In this document: positions 6,749 to 15,683 of the stretch, one piece after another
How the letters are laid out: the number at the start of each line of letters is the position of its first letter
How positions within the stretch are numbered: the stretch's first letter is position 1
From: Oscillospiraceae bacterium
GTDB taxonomy: Bacteria > Bacillota > Clostridia > Oscillospirales > CAG-272
Length of the DNA: 33,646 bases
Direction: 5' to 3'
Assembly: GCA_015065045.1 (NCBI GenBank)
Contig: SVRB01000003.1
Span: 1 to 33,646, forward strand
Position numbers and translations under genes: made by a program
Notes under the pieces: generated by a model
What the model was told of the DNA's origin: nothing
The model's input: only the letters and a program-made list of their open reading frames with translations
Database searches by the model: none

Positions 6749-8972
6749 AAACACTCAAAAGCTGTTCAAGTCCCGTATATCTTTTTGTGGGTATGTTAGT
6801 ATCTACCATACGCTGTACAACGTTTGCTTTTCCTACGAGAATAACCATTTTTTGCGCACGTGTTACAGCGGTATAAAGCAAATTTCTCGTCATAAGACGG
6901 GGAGTAAAGCTGTACATCGGGATTATAACAACAGGGTACTCACTCCCCTGACTCTTATGAACTGTTATAGCATACGCGTGTTCAAGCTCGTCAAGCAGAG
7001 AAAAATCGTAATCAACGTATCGGTTATCGTCAAAAACAATTCTCATCTTTTCGTTCTTAACGTCTATTTCTTTAATAGTACCGATATCTCCGTTAAAAAT
7101 ACCTATCCCTGATTTTTCGTCGTTCTCCCACTCTATATCGTAATTATTCTTCACCTGCATAACCTTGTCGCCCTCACGGAATACAATGTCACGCACCTTT
7201 TTTTCTTTCTTGTAATCCGACTTCGGATTCATAACCCTCTGAAGCAGGCTGTTTAACATTTCCGTTCCCGCTCCGCCCTTTCGTGACGGGGTTATAACCT
7301 GAATATCAGATATGATCTCTTTACCATATTTCTTAGGCAATCTTGAAGCGCAAAGCTCGGCTACGGTCCTTGCGATCAACTCATCGTCCTCTCTCGGAAG
7401 GAAAAAGAAATCACTGTTTGTTGAAGTCAGCTTCGGATATTCACCTGAGTTTATCGCGTGGGCATTGGTAACTATAAGACTTTCCTCTTCCTGACGGAAT
7501 ATCTCCTTCAGTTCAACCGTATTAAAACGATCGCTCTTTATGATATCGTTTAACACGTTCCCTGCTCCAACAGACGGAAGCTGATCGGAGTCACCTATAA
7601 GTATAAGCTTTGCCCCCGGCTTAATTGCCTGAAGCAACGCGGAAAACAGCATTGTATCAACCATTGACGCTTCGTCAATTATAATAATATTTTCTTCTAA
7701 TTTCGAGTTCTCGTTTCTTCTGAAAACAGGTTTTTTATCATTTGAATAATCCATTTCGAGCAAACGGTGTATAGTCTTTGCCTCGTGGAACGTAGACTCG
7801 CTCATTCTCTTTGCCGCTCTGCCGGTAGGCGCCGCTAACGCTATCTTGTATCCTAAATCCTCAAAAACGCGTATTACGCCGCGGATAACAGTAGTTTTAC
7901 CTGTTCCGGGACCGCCTGTTAAAACCATAACTCCGCTGTTCACAGCCTTGACTATAGCTTTTTTCTGCATTGCTGCATATTCAACACAAAATTCGCTTTC
8001 AATACGCATTATCATTCTGTCGATATCTCCGATATCGATCCTTGTCGAAAAATTATCGAGCATCTGTAGTTTATCGGACGCATACTTTTCAGCCTGATAA
8101 TAGCTGTCAAGATAAATACATTTTCTCTTATTATACGATTTTTGTACTATATCTCCCGACAAAATCAGCTCCTCAACTGCCTTTTCGGTCGCATCCTCAT
8201 CAGCGCCAAGCATATTACAAGCCGCAGGAATAAGCTTGTCCTTCGGTATAAATACGTGTCCGTTCTGCGCGGCATTAAAAGACAAAACGTATTTTAATCC
8301 TGCCTTTAATCTTTCTTCCCTATAGTTATCGACACCGAGACTCTTTGCAACCAAATCCGCCTTTTCAAACCCTATTCCGTAAATCTCATCGCAAAGCATA
8401 TAAGGGTTTCTCTTAATTATATCAATGGCGCCTCCGCCCCATTTTTTGTAGATCTTAACTGCAGTCGCAGGGCCGAAAAACTCGCGGCAAAACATCATTA
8501 CCGAACGAAGTCCAAACTGAGCTTTGAAATCCTCGGACATCGCCTTTGCTTTTTTGAGAGAAATTCCGGGCAATTCCGCAAGCCACTCGGGGTGGTTTTC
8601 TATAACGTCGAACGAATCCACCCCATACTGACCAACTATTTTCAAAGCCAAAGACGGTCCAATCCCCTTTATTGTGCGCGAGGAAAGGTATTTTAAAATT
8701 GCATTTTCCGATGCGGGAAGCTCTTTCTCGTAATATTCAACCTTAAACTGACGGCCAAAAGTCGCGTGAAGCGTCCATTTACCCATAGCCTTTATCATTT
8801 CGCCCGCGCCCAAAAAAGGCATCTCGCCGACAACGGTTACAAGCTCGTCGTCAACGGTTGCAATTTCGCATACGGTATATCCGTTTTCCTCATTCTGATA
8901 AATTATATGCTCAACAGTTCCTGCAATCTCAAACTGCTCTTCGCCATATACGTTATCCGCAAATTTCTCCAT
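6741..8972 (-). CDS. recD2: ATP-dependent RecD2 (RecD/TraA-family) helicase
   Basis: 743 aa; N-terminal OB/HhH region (IKGIGP), GGPGTGKTT, APTGRAAKRM, IIIDEASM, GDSDQLPSVG, YAITVHKSQGSE, LLYTAVTRA. Confidence 0.95.
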   Translation of the reverse strand: MEKFADNVYGEEQFEIAGTVEHIIYQNEENGYTVCEIATVDDELVTVVGEMPFLGAGEMIKAMGKWTLHATFGRQFKVEYYEKELPASENAILKYLSSRTIKGIGPSLALKIVGQYGVDSFDVIENHPEWLAELPGISLKKAKAMSEDFKAQFGLRSVMMFCREFFGPATAVKIYKKWGGGAIDIIKRNPYMLCDEIYGIGFEKADLVAKSLGVDNYREERLKAGLKYVLSFNAAQNGHVFIPKDKLIPAACNMLGADEDATEKAVEELILSGDIVQKSYNKRKCIYLDSYYQAEKYASDKLQMLDNFSTRIDIGDIDRMIMRIESEFCVEYAAMQKKAIVKAVNSGVMVLTGGPGTGKTTVIRGVIRVFEDLGYKIALAAPTGRAAKRMSESTFHEAKTIHRLLEMDYSNDKKPVFRRNENSKLEENIIIIDEASMVDTMLFSALLQAIKPGAKLILIGDSDQLPSVGAGNVLNDIIKSDRFNTVELKEIFRQEEESLIVTNAHAINSGEYPKLTSTNSDFFFLPREDDELIARTVAELCASRLPKKYGKEIISDIQVITPSRKGGAGTEMLNSLLQRVMNPKSDYKKEKKVRDIVFREGDKVMQVKNNYDIEWENDEKSGIGIFNGDIGTIKEIDVKNEKMRIVFDDNRYVDYDFSLLDELEHAYAITVHKSQGSEYPVVIIPMYSFTPRLMTRNLLYTAVTRAQKMVILVGKANVVQRMVDTNIPTKRYTGLEQLLSVYE

Positions 8973-9273
8973 CAGCTTTGTTTATCCTTTCCGCACGGTA
9001 AATATCCAAGCTCGGATTGTTTTTCCTGATCTCACCGATCAATTCACCGTCCACCTTACAATCTACCAATATTATCGCACGATTTCTCCCCATAATTACT
9101 TTTTCGTTTAAAATCAACTGCTGATTTATATCGGTATCCTTTTCGGCAAAAAAAGCTATACAAGCTCTTGCCTTATTCCTACATAAAAACACGTATGTAA
9201 GATTTATCATCAAAAAGCGCAACCCGTAAACCGACAGAAGCGCCACTATTATCTCAAAAAAAGTAACTAACAT
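8953..9273 (-). CDS. Hypothetical protein with N-terminal hydrophobic segment
   Basis: 106 aa, strong AAGGAGG RBS, overlaps the recD2 start by 20 nt. Confidence 0.7.
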   Translation of the reverse strand: MLVTFFEIIVALLSVYGLRFLMINLTYVFLCRNKARACIAFFAEKDTDINQQLILNEKVIMGRNRAIILVDCKVDGELIGEIRKNNPSLDIYRAERINKADGEICG

Positions 9274-9319
9274 AAAGTCCTCCTTATTGCTATTATATGT
9301 AATAAGAAGGACTTTAGTT

Positions 9320-9346
9320 AAACCGCAAATCTGCCGTTTACGGTTA
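9320..9346 (-). terminator. Possible weak metK terminator
   Basis: Minus-strand AACCGTAAA...TTTGCGGTT stem with a short U-tract just after the metK stop. Confidence 0.45.
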
Positions 9347-9357
9347 AATTTATTCTT

Positions 9358-10536
9358 TTATATATGTTTCTTAAGCTGTTCTGCAATATCAGTTGCTTCC
9401 CAAGGAGCGTTAACGTCTTCTCTTCCCATGTGTCCGTATGCAGCAAGAGGGCTGTATATAGGACGGCGAAGGTCAAATCTTTCGATAATTGCAGAGGGTC
9501 TGAGGTCAACAAGCTCTGTAATGATTTCAGAAATCTTTTCGTCAGCCAGCTTTCCTGTGCCGAAAGTATCAATCATAACTGAAAGAGGCTTTGCCACACC
9601 GATAGCATAAGCGATCTCAACCTCGCACTTATCTGCCATTCCTGATGCTACGATATTCTTTGCAAGATAACGAGCCGCATAAGCTGCCGAACGGTCAACC
9701 TTAGTCGGATCCTTACCGGAGAAGGCTCCGCCGCCGTGTCTTGCATAGCCGCCGTATGTATCAACAATGATCTTTCTACCCGTAAGACCCGAGTCTCCTG
9801 CAGGACCGCCGATTACGAATCTGCCTGTGGGATTTACAAAATACTTTGTATTTTCATCAAGAAGCTCAGCCGGAATAATGGGCTTTATAACCTTTTCAAT
9901 CAAATCATTCTTGATCTGTTCCTGAGTAGCTTCGGGATCGTGCTGTGTGGAAATAAGAATAGTATCTACACGAACAGGCTTATCGTCAACGTATTCAACG
10001 GTAACCTGAGTCTTGCCGTCGGGACGAAGATATGTAAGTGTTCCGTCCTTTCTCACCTTTGTAAGCTGTTTTGCAAGCTTATGTGAAAGAGAAATAGGCA
10101 TAGGCATAAGCTCTTCTGTTTCGTTACAAGCATAACCGAACATCATACCCTGGTCGCCCGCGCCCTCGTTAAGCTCATCGGAAAATTCTCCGCGCTTAGC
10201 TTCTTCAGACTTATTAACACCCATAGCAATATCAGGAGACTGCTCGTGGATAGAGTTAATAACCGCGCAAGAGTCGTAGCTGAAGCCATAATCGGATTTT
10301 GTATATCCAATCTCCTTTATTGTGTTTCTAACAATACTCTGAATATCGATATGAGCCTTAGTTGTAATTTCTCCCATAACCATTACAAGACCTGTTGTTA
10401 CAACAGTCTCACAAGCAACTCTTGACATTTTGTCATTTCTCAACATTTCATCAAGAACAGCATCACTTATTTTGTCACAAACCTTGTCGGGATGTCCTTC
10501 TGTTACGGATTCCGACGTAAACAAAAACTTCTTCAT
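9358..10536 (-). CDS. metK: S-adenosylmethionine synthetase
   Basis: [28 protein letters not shown] signatures. Confidence 0.99.
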   Translation of the reverse strand: MKKFLFTSESVTEGHPDKVCDKISDAVLDEMLRNDKMSRVACETVVTTGLVMVMGEITTKAHIDIQSIVRNTIKEIGYTKSDYGFSYDSCAVINSIHEQSPDIAMGVNKSEEAKRGEFSDELNEGAGDQGMMFGYACNETEELMPMPISLSHKLAKQLTKVRKDGTLTYLRPDGKTQVTVEYVDDKPVRVDTILISTQHDPEATQEQIKNDLIEKVIKPIIPAELLDENTKYFVNPTGRFVIGGPAGDSGLTGRKIIVDTYGGYARHGGGAFSGKDPTKVDRSAAYAARYLAKNIVASGMADKCEVEIAYAIGVAKPLSVMIDTFGTGKLADEKISEIITELVDLRPSAIIERFDLRRPIYSPLAAYGHMGREDVNAPWEATDIAEQLKKHI

Positions 10537-10569
10537 ATTTTTCTTCCTCTCTATAAAAACTAAATTTTT

Positions 10570-10600
10570 TCAAAAACAAAACCGCCTCGAAAGAAGCGGT
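10570..10600 (-). terminator. Expression-platform terminator of the SAM-I riboswitch
   Basis: ACCGCTTC-tttc-GAGGCGGT followed by TTTGTTTTT. Its 5' arm can alternatively pair (8/10) with AAGATGAGGT of P1. Confidence 0.8.
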
Positions 10601-10610
10601 AAATAAAAAA

Positions 10611-10711
10611 CCTCATCTTTCGGATCTGTTCCGCAGGATTTAGCACCTTAAAAAACGTTTTTCAGGTTGCCGGGCATCATAGGGCCTGTCCCTCCGCCAC
10701 TCTTGATAAGG
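10611..10711 (-). ncRNA. SAM-I (S-box) riboswitch upstream of metK
   Basis: Minus strand: CTTATCAAGAG-TGGCGGAGGGACAGGCCCTATGATGCCCGGCAACC...GGTGCTAAATCC...AAAGATGAGG, containing the canonical S-box motifs. Confidence 0.97.
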
Positions 10712-10734
10712 GAATATTCAATTCATACAAATAT

Positions 10735-10762
10735 ATTTTAACATAAACATAGAAAATGTCAA
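10735..10762 (-). promoter_or_regulatory. Sigma-A promoter for the SAM riboswitch-metK transcript
   Basis: TTGACA-16 nt-TAAAAT with extended TGn. Confidence 0.7.
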
Positions 10763-10782
10763 TAGAATTTTCTACATTATTT

Positions 10783-11382
10783 TCACTTTTTCAACTTCAA
10801 TAGCGGTGATATTCTTTTGTACACCAAAAAGCATATTCCGGCATCTATCATACCCTTTGCAAAGTTAAACGGCAAGTTAAAGATCACAAGCGCCTTAAAT
10901 AAATTATCTGCAGAAGGAATCAAAGCCTTGTACATTCCGATAATCGCCTCCATAGGCAGACCGTAAAACAGAGAAAAGGCGGGATAAACGATAAAATAGT
11001 TTGTAGCAATACTCACAACAGCCATAGCTATAGCACCGACAACAGTTCCGATAAGCGCATTCTTTCTTGATTTTGCTCTCTTGTAAATAAGCCCTGCAAT
11101 TCCAACGAAAATAGCGCCTAAAATAAAGTTCGAAAGCTCACCGATACAGTTTGACGTAGAAAAAGGCAAATGCAGAACATTCTTTACAAAGCAAACAAGC
11201 ACACCAGCCATGGGCCCATAAGCAAATGATACGATAAGCGCGGGCAGCTCGGAAAAATCAAACTTTATAAAAGACGGAATCAAAAACGGAATAGGAAATT
11301 CAAGAAGCATAAGCACAAAGCTTACCGCGCTCATAATTCCTATAACAGATATAAGCTTAGTATTGTTTCTACTCATTTTCAT
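10783..11382 (-). CDS. ribU: Riboflavin ECF transporter S component RibU
   Basis: LEFPIPFLIPSFIKFDFSELPAL, GELSNF and LPFNFAKG motifs; FMN riboswitch upstream. The track start (11439) lies inside the terminator, so the start is moved to ATG 11382. Confidence 0.92.
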   Translation of the reverse strand: MKMSRNNTKLISVIGIMSAVSFVLMLLEFPIPFLIPSFIKFDFSELPALIVSFAYGPMAGVLVCFVKNVLHLPFSTSNCIGELSNFILGAIFVGIAGLIYKRAKSRKNALIGTVVGAIAMAVVSIATNYFIVYPAFSLFYGLPMEAIIGMYKALIPSADNLFKALVIFNLPFNFAKGMIDAGICFLVYKRISPLLKLKK

Positions 11383-11400
11383 ACATAATAATCCCCCAAA

Positions 11401-11435
11401 AAATAAAATTCCCCAAAGCATAAAAACTTTGGGGA
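11401..11435 (-). terminator. Expression-platform terminator of the FMN riboswitch
   Basis: CCCCAAAG-N8-CTTTGGGG followed by AATTTTATTTTT on the minus strand. Confidence 0.75.
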
Positions 11436-11462
11436 TCAAAACAGCATAGTACTATTTTAATA

Positions 11463-11582
11463 AACTTCTATCATCCGGACTATACCGTCGGCTTTGGAAT
11501 TACACCAAATCAACCTTATTTTCAAAAAAACAAGGCTCGTGGGCTTTACCACCGGTGAGGAATTGCACCTCGCCCCGAAGTT
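11463..11582 (-). ncRNA. FMN riboswitch (RFN element)
   Basis: Minus strand: AACTTCGGGGCGAGGTGCAATTCCTCACCGGTGGTAAAGCCCACGAGC...GATTTGGTGTAATTCCAAAGCCGACGGTATAGTCCGGATGATAGAAGTT. Confidence 0.97.
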
Positions 11583-11597
11583 AATTTCTTATCAGCA

Positions 11598-11626
11598 ATT
11601 ATATGACAAATGTCTGATTTTGTCAA
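11598..11626 (-). promoter_or_regulatory. Sigma-A promoter for the FMN riboswitch-ribU transcript
   Basis: Perfect TTGACA-17 nt-TATAAT ending ~15 nt before the riboswitch. Confidence 0.85.
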
Positions 11627-11649
11627 TACCACCTACTGAAAATATATAT

Positions 11650-12300
11650 TTATTTTTTTACCTTGTCACACAAATCAGCCAAAAAACAGTTCTCGCACAT
11701 AGGTGAACGCGCAGAACACACCTCTCTGCCAAACTGCACTATTCTATGACAAAAATCCGATTGCTCATTTTCGGGCAAATATTTTTTCAAAGCCATTTCT
11801 ACCTTAACAGGATTCTTTTCGTCAGCCTTGGTAAATCCAAGCCTACCTGAAATACGAATACAATGCGTATCGGCTACAATAGCGGGAAGACCGTAAATAT
11901 CACCCAAAATCAAGTTTGCAATCTTTCTTCCGACTCCCGATAATTCAAGCAGATCTTCCATATTATCGGGCACTCTGCCGTCAAATTTATCTAACAACAT
12001 TCGGCAAGACTCTTTTATATCCTTAGCTTTCATATGATATAATCCGCAAGGCTTAATTATACCTTCAAGCTCCTCTATATCACAATCAGCCATCGCTTCA
12101 AGCGTAGGATATTTTTCAAAAAGAGGAACAGCCACCATATTCACGCGTTTGTCGGTACATTGGGCAGACAATCTTGAAAGAACAAGCAGCTTCCAAGGCT
12201 CACCTTGATATTCCAAAGCGCACTCGGACGAATATCTTTCCTTCAGTCTTTCCGCAACCAAGACTGCTTTTTTTGATAAAGCCTTTTCTTTTGCTGTCAT
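11650..12300 (-). CDS. nth: Endonuclease III
   Basis: LSAQCTD, HhH GVGRKIAN, ADTH, C-terminal CxxxxxxCxxCxxxxxC Fe-S motif. Confidence 0.95.
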   Translation of the reverse strand: MTAKEKALSKKAVLVAERLKERYSSECALEYQGEPWKLLVLSRLSAQCTDKRVNMVAVPLFEKYPTLEAMADCDIEELEGIIKPCGLYHMKAKDIKESCRMLLDKFDGRVPDNMEDLLELSGVGRKIANLILGDIYGLPAIVADTHCIRISGRLGFTKADEKNPVKVEMALKKYLPENEQSDFCHRIVQFGREVCSARSPMCENCFLADLCDKVKK

Positions 12301-12301
12301 A

Positions 12302-13564
12302 TTATCTTATCTGTCCGTTACCGGAAACGAGATATTTAACAGTAGTCAAAGCTTCAAGTCCCATAGGACCTCTTGCGTGGAGCTTCTGTGTCGATATACC
12401 GATTTCAGCGCCGAATCCGAATTCATTTCCGTCGGTAAATCTTGTCGATGTGTTAACGTAAACAGCCGCCGCGTCAACTGTCTTCTGGAAATATTCAGCC
12501 GCAGAAATATTGTTTGTTATTATAGCTTCACTGTGCTTTGTATTATACTTGTTTATATGGCTTACAGCCTCTTCTACGCCGTCAACCACCTTAACTGCGA
12601 TAATATAATCGTCATATTCGGTTGCATAATCTTCCTCAGTAGCCGCCTTTGCAGAATCGAGTATCTTCATAGTTCTTTCGCATCCGCGTATTTCAAGACC
12701 AAACTGCTCGGATATTTCTGCAAACTTCGGCAAAAACTCCTCTGCCTTGTCGTTATGAACAAGCAAAGTTTCAATAGCGTTACAAACCGAAGGTCTCTGG
12801 TTTTTCGCGTTAGATGCAACCTTAACCGCCATATCGATATCAGCGTCCTTATCAACGTACAAATGACAGTTACCGGCTCCCGTTTCAATTACGGGCATTT
12901 TTGCATTTTCAACAACGTTTCTGATAAGACCGGCGCCCCCTCTGGGGATAAGCACGTCGATATAATCTCTCATAGTCATAAGAACAGACGCGCCCTCTCT
13001 CGAGGTGTTATCAACAAATCCCAAAGCATCGGGAGAAATTCCATTTGCCTCCAACGCTTCCTTCATCAAAGAAACGAAAACTCTGTTTGTATTTACAGCT
13101 TCCTTTCCGCCTCTGAGAATCACAGCGTTACCTGTTTTTATGCAAAGAGCCGCCGCATCAACAGTTACGTTAGGTCTTGCTTCATAAATGATGGCAACAA
13201 CGCCAAGCGGTACTCTTACTCTCTTAATTTCAATTCCGTTAGGAATGGTCCAAACGTCTCCGCAACCCAAAACGTCCTTAAGTCCGACAAGCTCGAGCAT
13301 AGCGTCGCTGATACCCTTTATTCTGCTTTCATTTAAAGTGAGACGGTCAACCATTGTGGGTATAACACCGTTCTGCTCAGCGCTTGCAACGTCTATTGCA
13401 TTCGCCTTCAATATCTCGTCCTGCTTTTCGATAAGCTTTGCGGCAATAGTTTTAAGAACGTTGTTTCTCTGCGGCAACGTACTGTCCGCCATAGATCTTT
13501 CGGCAGACTTTACAGTCTTACAGAGCTGTTCTATATATTCATAGATTTCTTTTGTAAATTCCAT
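12302..13564 (-). CDS. proA: Gamma-glutamyl phosphate reductase
   Basis: IYEARPNVT, LIPRGG, SVCNAIE, STRFTDGNEFGFGAEIGISTQKLHARGPMGL. Confidence 0.98.
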   Translation of the reverse strand: MEFTKEIYEYIEQLCKTVKSAERSMADSTLPQRNNVLKTIAAKLIEKQDEILKANAIDVASAEQNGVIPTMVDRLTLNESRIKGISDAMLELVGLKDVLGCGDVWTIPNGIEIKRVRVPLGVVAIIYEARPNVTVDAAALCIKTGNAVILRGGKEAVNTNRVFVSLMKEALEANGISPDALGFVDNTSREGASVLMTMRDYIDVLIPRGGAGLIRNVVENAKMPVIETGAGNCHLYVDKDADIDMAVKVASNAKNQRPSVCNAIETLLVHNDKAEEFLPKFAEISEQFGLEIRGCERTMKILDSAKAATEEDYATEYDDYIIAVKVVDGVEEAVSHINKYNTKHSEAIITNNISAAEYFQKTVDAAAVYVNTSTRFTDGNEFGFGAEIGISTQKLHARGPMGLEALTTVKYLVSGNGQIR

Positions 13565-13594
13565 ATCAATTCCCTTTTCTGAATGATTCTGAAT

Positions 13595-14389
13595 TTATTT
13601 TGTAAACGGTGCAAAATATGAGCCGTGCTGAATTCCCTCGTAAAGCATATCGTAAAGAATCGAGAAGTCTTCGCCGCTTACGATCATCATAGGAATACCG
13701 CTTCCACAAGCAATCTCTGCCGCGTGGAGCTTTGAGGTCATACCGCCCGTGCCCCTTGCAGAGCCTGCGCCGTCAGCGCAAGCATATAAAGCTTCGTCAA
13801 CCTTTTCAACCCTCTTAAGCATCTTTGCATCAGGGTTGGTTCTCGGGTCGCTATCGTAAAAGCCGTCGGTATCACTCATATTTATAAGCAGATCAGCATC
13901 CGCCAATACAGAAACGTAAGCCGACAACGTATCGTTATCACCGAATTTGATCTCGTCAAAAGCTACGGTATCGTTTTCGTTTACTATCGGAATACAGCCC
14001 ATCTTAAGCAAGATTGCAAAAGTATTTTCAGCGTTAGTCTTACCCGTAGGATTGTTTACTATATCACGTGTAAGAAGGATCTGAGCAACAGAATGACCGT
14101 ATTCACCGAAAAATCTTTCGTATATCATCATAAGTACGCCCTGACCAACAGCAGCCAAAGCCTGCTTTTCCTCAACCGAGGTAGGTCTGCGCTCAAGATT
14201 AAGCTTTCCGATACCCGCGCTTACAGCACCCGAAGATACGAGCACTACTTCTCTTCCTGTATTTTTGAGGTCGCTAAGAACACGGCACATCTTTTCAATA
14301 CGCTGTAAATTAAGCTTACCGTTTTCATAAGTAAGGGTGGATGATCCAACCTTTACCACTATTCTTTTAGCATTTTTCACTTTTTCCAT
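13595..14389 (-). CDS. proB: Glutamate 5-kinase (no PUA domain)
   Basis: VVKVGSS, VSSGAV, IVNEND, FGDNDTLS, GTGGMTSK; 264 aa. Confidence 0.97.
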   Translation of the reverse strand: MEKVKNAKRIVVKVGSSTLTYENGKLNLQRIEKMCRVLSDLKNTGREVVLVSSGAVSAGIGKLNLERRPTSVEEKQALAAVGQGVLMMIYERFFGEYGHSVAQILLTRDIVNNPTGKTNAENTFAILLKMGCIPIVNENDTVAFDEIKFGDNDTLSAYVSVLADADLLINMSDTDGFYDSDPRTNPDAKMLKRVEKVDEALYACADGAGSARGTGGMTSKLHAAEIACGSGIPMMIVSGEDFSILYDMLYEGIQHGSYFAPFTK

Positions 14390-14461
14390 AACATCTGTAT
14401 TCTTTCTGTTAAAAATTTTTCAAAAACTCTTTTAATCTTTATAAAAATATATTATAATGGT

Positions 14462-14490
14462 ATTATATTATATTCCTCGTGTTTTTTCAA
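14462..14490 (-). promoter_or_regulatory. Candidate sigma-A promoter of proBA-nth
   Basis: TTGAAA-17 nt-TATAAT on the minus strand, in an AT-rich region. Confidence 0.55.
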
Positions 14491-14556
14491 GGGGATTTTG
14501 CATTTATTTAAGCAATTAAATGTTTACGTTGTATAAAAAGAAGGAGAAAACAAAAA

Positions 14557-14802
14557 ATGAAAGAAAAAATCACTTTGGTCGTATCAGGTGTAAAAATAAC
14601 CGTATTAACAGAAAATGATCCCGAATACGTAATGAGTCTCGGCAGATTGCTCGAAAAACGCGTAAGCGATCTTGTTATCTCATCAACGTCTTGCTCAAAG
14701 AGTGAAGCTCTGTTGCTTTGCGCTTTGGACTATCTTGACGAAAGAAACAAGCTCTTAAAAGAAAACGAAGAACTTAAAGAACAGTTGAAAAATCTTAAGT
14801 AA
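14557..14802 (+). CDS. zapA: Cell division protein ZapA family
   Basis: 81 aa, N-terminal beta hairpin (KITLVVSGVKITV), DPEYV, LLCALDYLDE and C-terminal coiled coil; AAGGAG RBS. Confidence 0.75.
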   Translation: MKEKITLVVSGVKITVLTENDPEYVMSLGRLLEKRVSDLVISSTSCSKSEALLLCALDYLDERNKLLKENEELKEQLKNLK

Positions 14803-14816
14803 AGGATTTTAAAATT

Positions 14817-15074
14817 ATGATGAAGTTTATTAAATACACAGGCTTCCCCGTTTTGTGCGGAATAGTTCTCGGCATGATGGTAGCATCATTGACAAAAAAC
14901 GTTTCTGCATTATCATGGCTCTCATTCGGCTTGAATTTCGGTATGACCTCTCCGCTCGTACTCGACCTTAAGCTGATAAATTTTACTTTCGGTCTTACCG
15001 TAAGTCTGAACGTTGCAACAATAATATGTATTACACTTTGCCTTATTACTGCAAAATACATATACAAGAGATAA
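14817..15074 (+). CDS. DUF4321 small membrane protein
   Basis: LSWLSFGLNFG..PLVLDLKLINFTFG pattern; usual position upstream of maf in Clostridia. Confidence 0.75.
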   Translation: MMKFIKYTGFPVLCGIVLGMMVASLTKNVSALSWLSFGLNFGMTSPLVLDLKLINFTFGLTVSLNVATIICITLCLITAKYIYKR

Positions 15075-15078
15075 TTTT

Positions 15079-15663
15079 ATGAAAATTTTATTGGCATCAA
15101 AGTCTCCCCGCAGACGAAAAATGTTAAAAGAGCTTGGTATAAAATACACGCTTTGGAACGGCGAGGCAGACGAAACCGTTACAAAAGAATATAAGCCCCA
15201 TTCGCTTGTAAAGCTACTTGCAAAAAGAAAGGCTATGGCGGCATATAAAGACGTAAAAAGAAACGATTCTCTTATTATATCCGCAGACACCGTCGTTGCA
15301 TTAAACGGCAAGATACTCGGCAAGCCTAAGGATGATGACGATGCAAGAAATATGCTTCGCAGTATGAGCGGCACTCACCATTCGGTTTATTCGGGCGTTG
15401 CCGCTATATATAACGGCAGACTTGTATCTGATTATCAAAAAACAGATATAAAATTCCGTGATATTGATGACAAAGAAATCGAAAGATATCTTAAGACCGG
15501 TGAGCATAAAGATAAAGCAGGCTCATACGGGATACAGGAAAAGGGCGGATATTTCGTTGAAAAGGTAAACGGAGATATAAACAACGTTGTGGGGCTCCCC
15601 GTTTTGAAGCTTCGAAATATGATTTTAAAAGAGTTTGATATTGATATTTTTAATTTAGATTAA
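15079..15663 (+). CDS. maf: Maf-family nucleoside triphosphate pyrophosphatase (YhdE-type)
   Basis: LASKSPRR, ISADTVV, ILGKP, DKAGSYGIQ, NVVGLP. Confidence 0.96.
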   Translation: MKILLASKSPRRRKMLKELGIKYTLWNGEADETVTKEYKPHSLVKLLAKRKAMAAYKDVKRNDSLIISADTVVALNGKILGKPKDDDDARNMLRSMSGTHHSVYSGVAAIYNGRLVSDYQKTDIKFRDIDDKEIERYLKTGEHKDKAGSYGIQEKGGYFVEKVNGDINNVVGLPVLKLRNMILKEFDIDIFNLD

Positions 15664-15683
15664 AAGCTTGAAGAGGTGTTAAA

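Noticed and set aside
11383-11439. Longer N-terminus for ribU given in the ORF track
   Set aside because: Overlaps the riboswitch terminator; the RBS position supports ATG 11382.
12377-13336. 319-aa ORF antisense to proA
   Set aside because: Shadow frame of a conserved gene; no RBS or recognisable motifs, with the Ser/Asn/Cys-rich composition typical of antisense translation.
13595-14389. ProB lacking the PUA domain as a truncation
   Set aside because: PUA-less glutamate 5-kinases are a common natural form; the catalytic motifs are intact.
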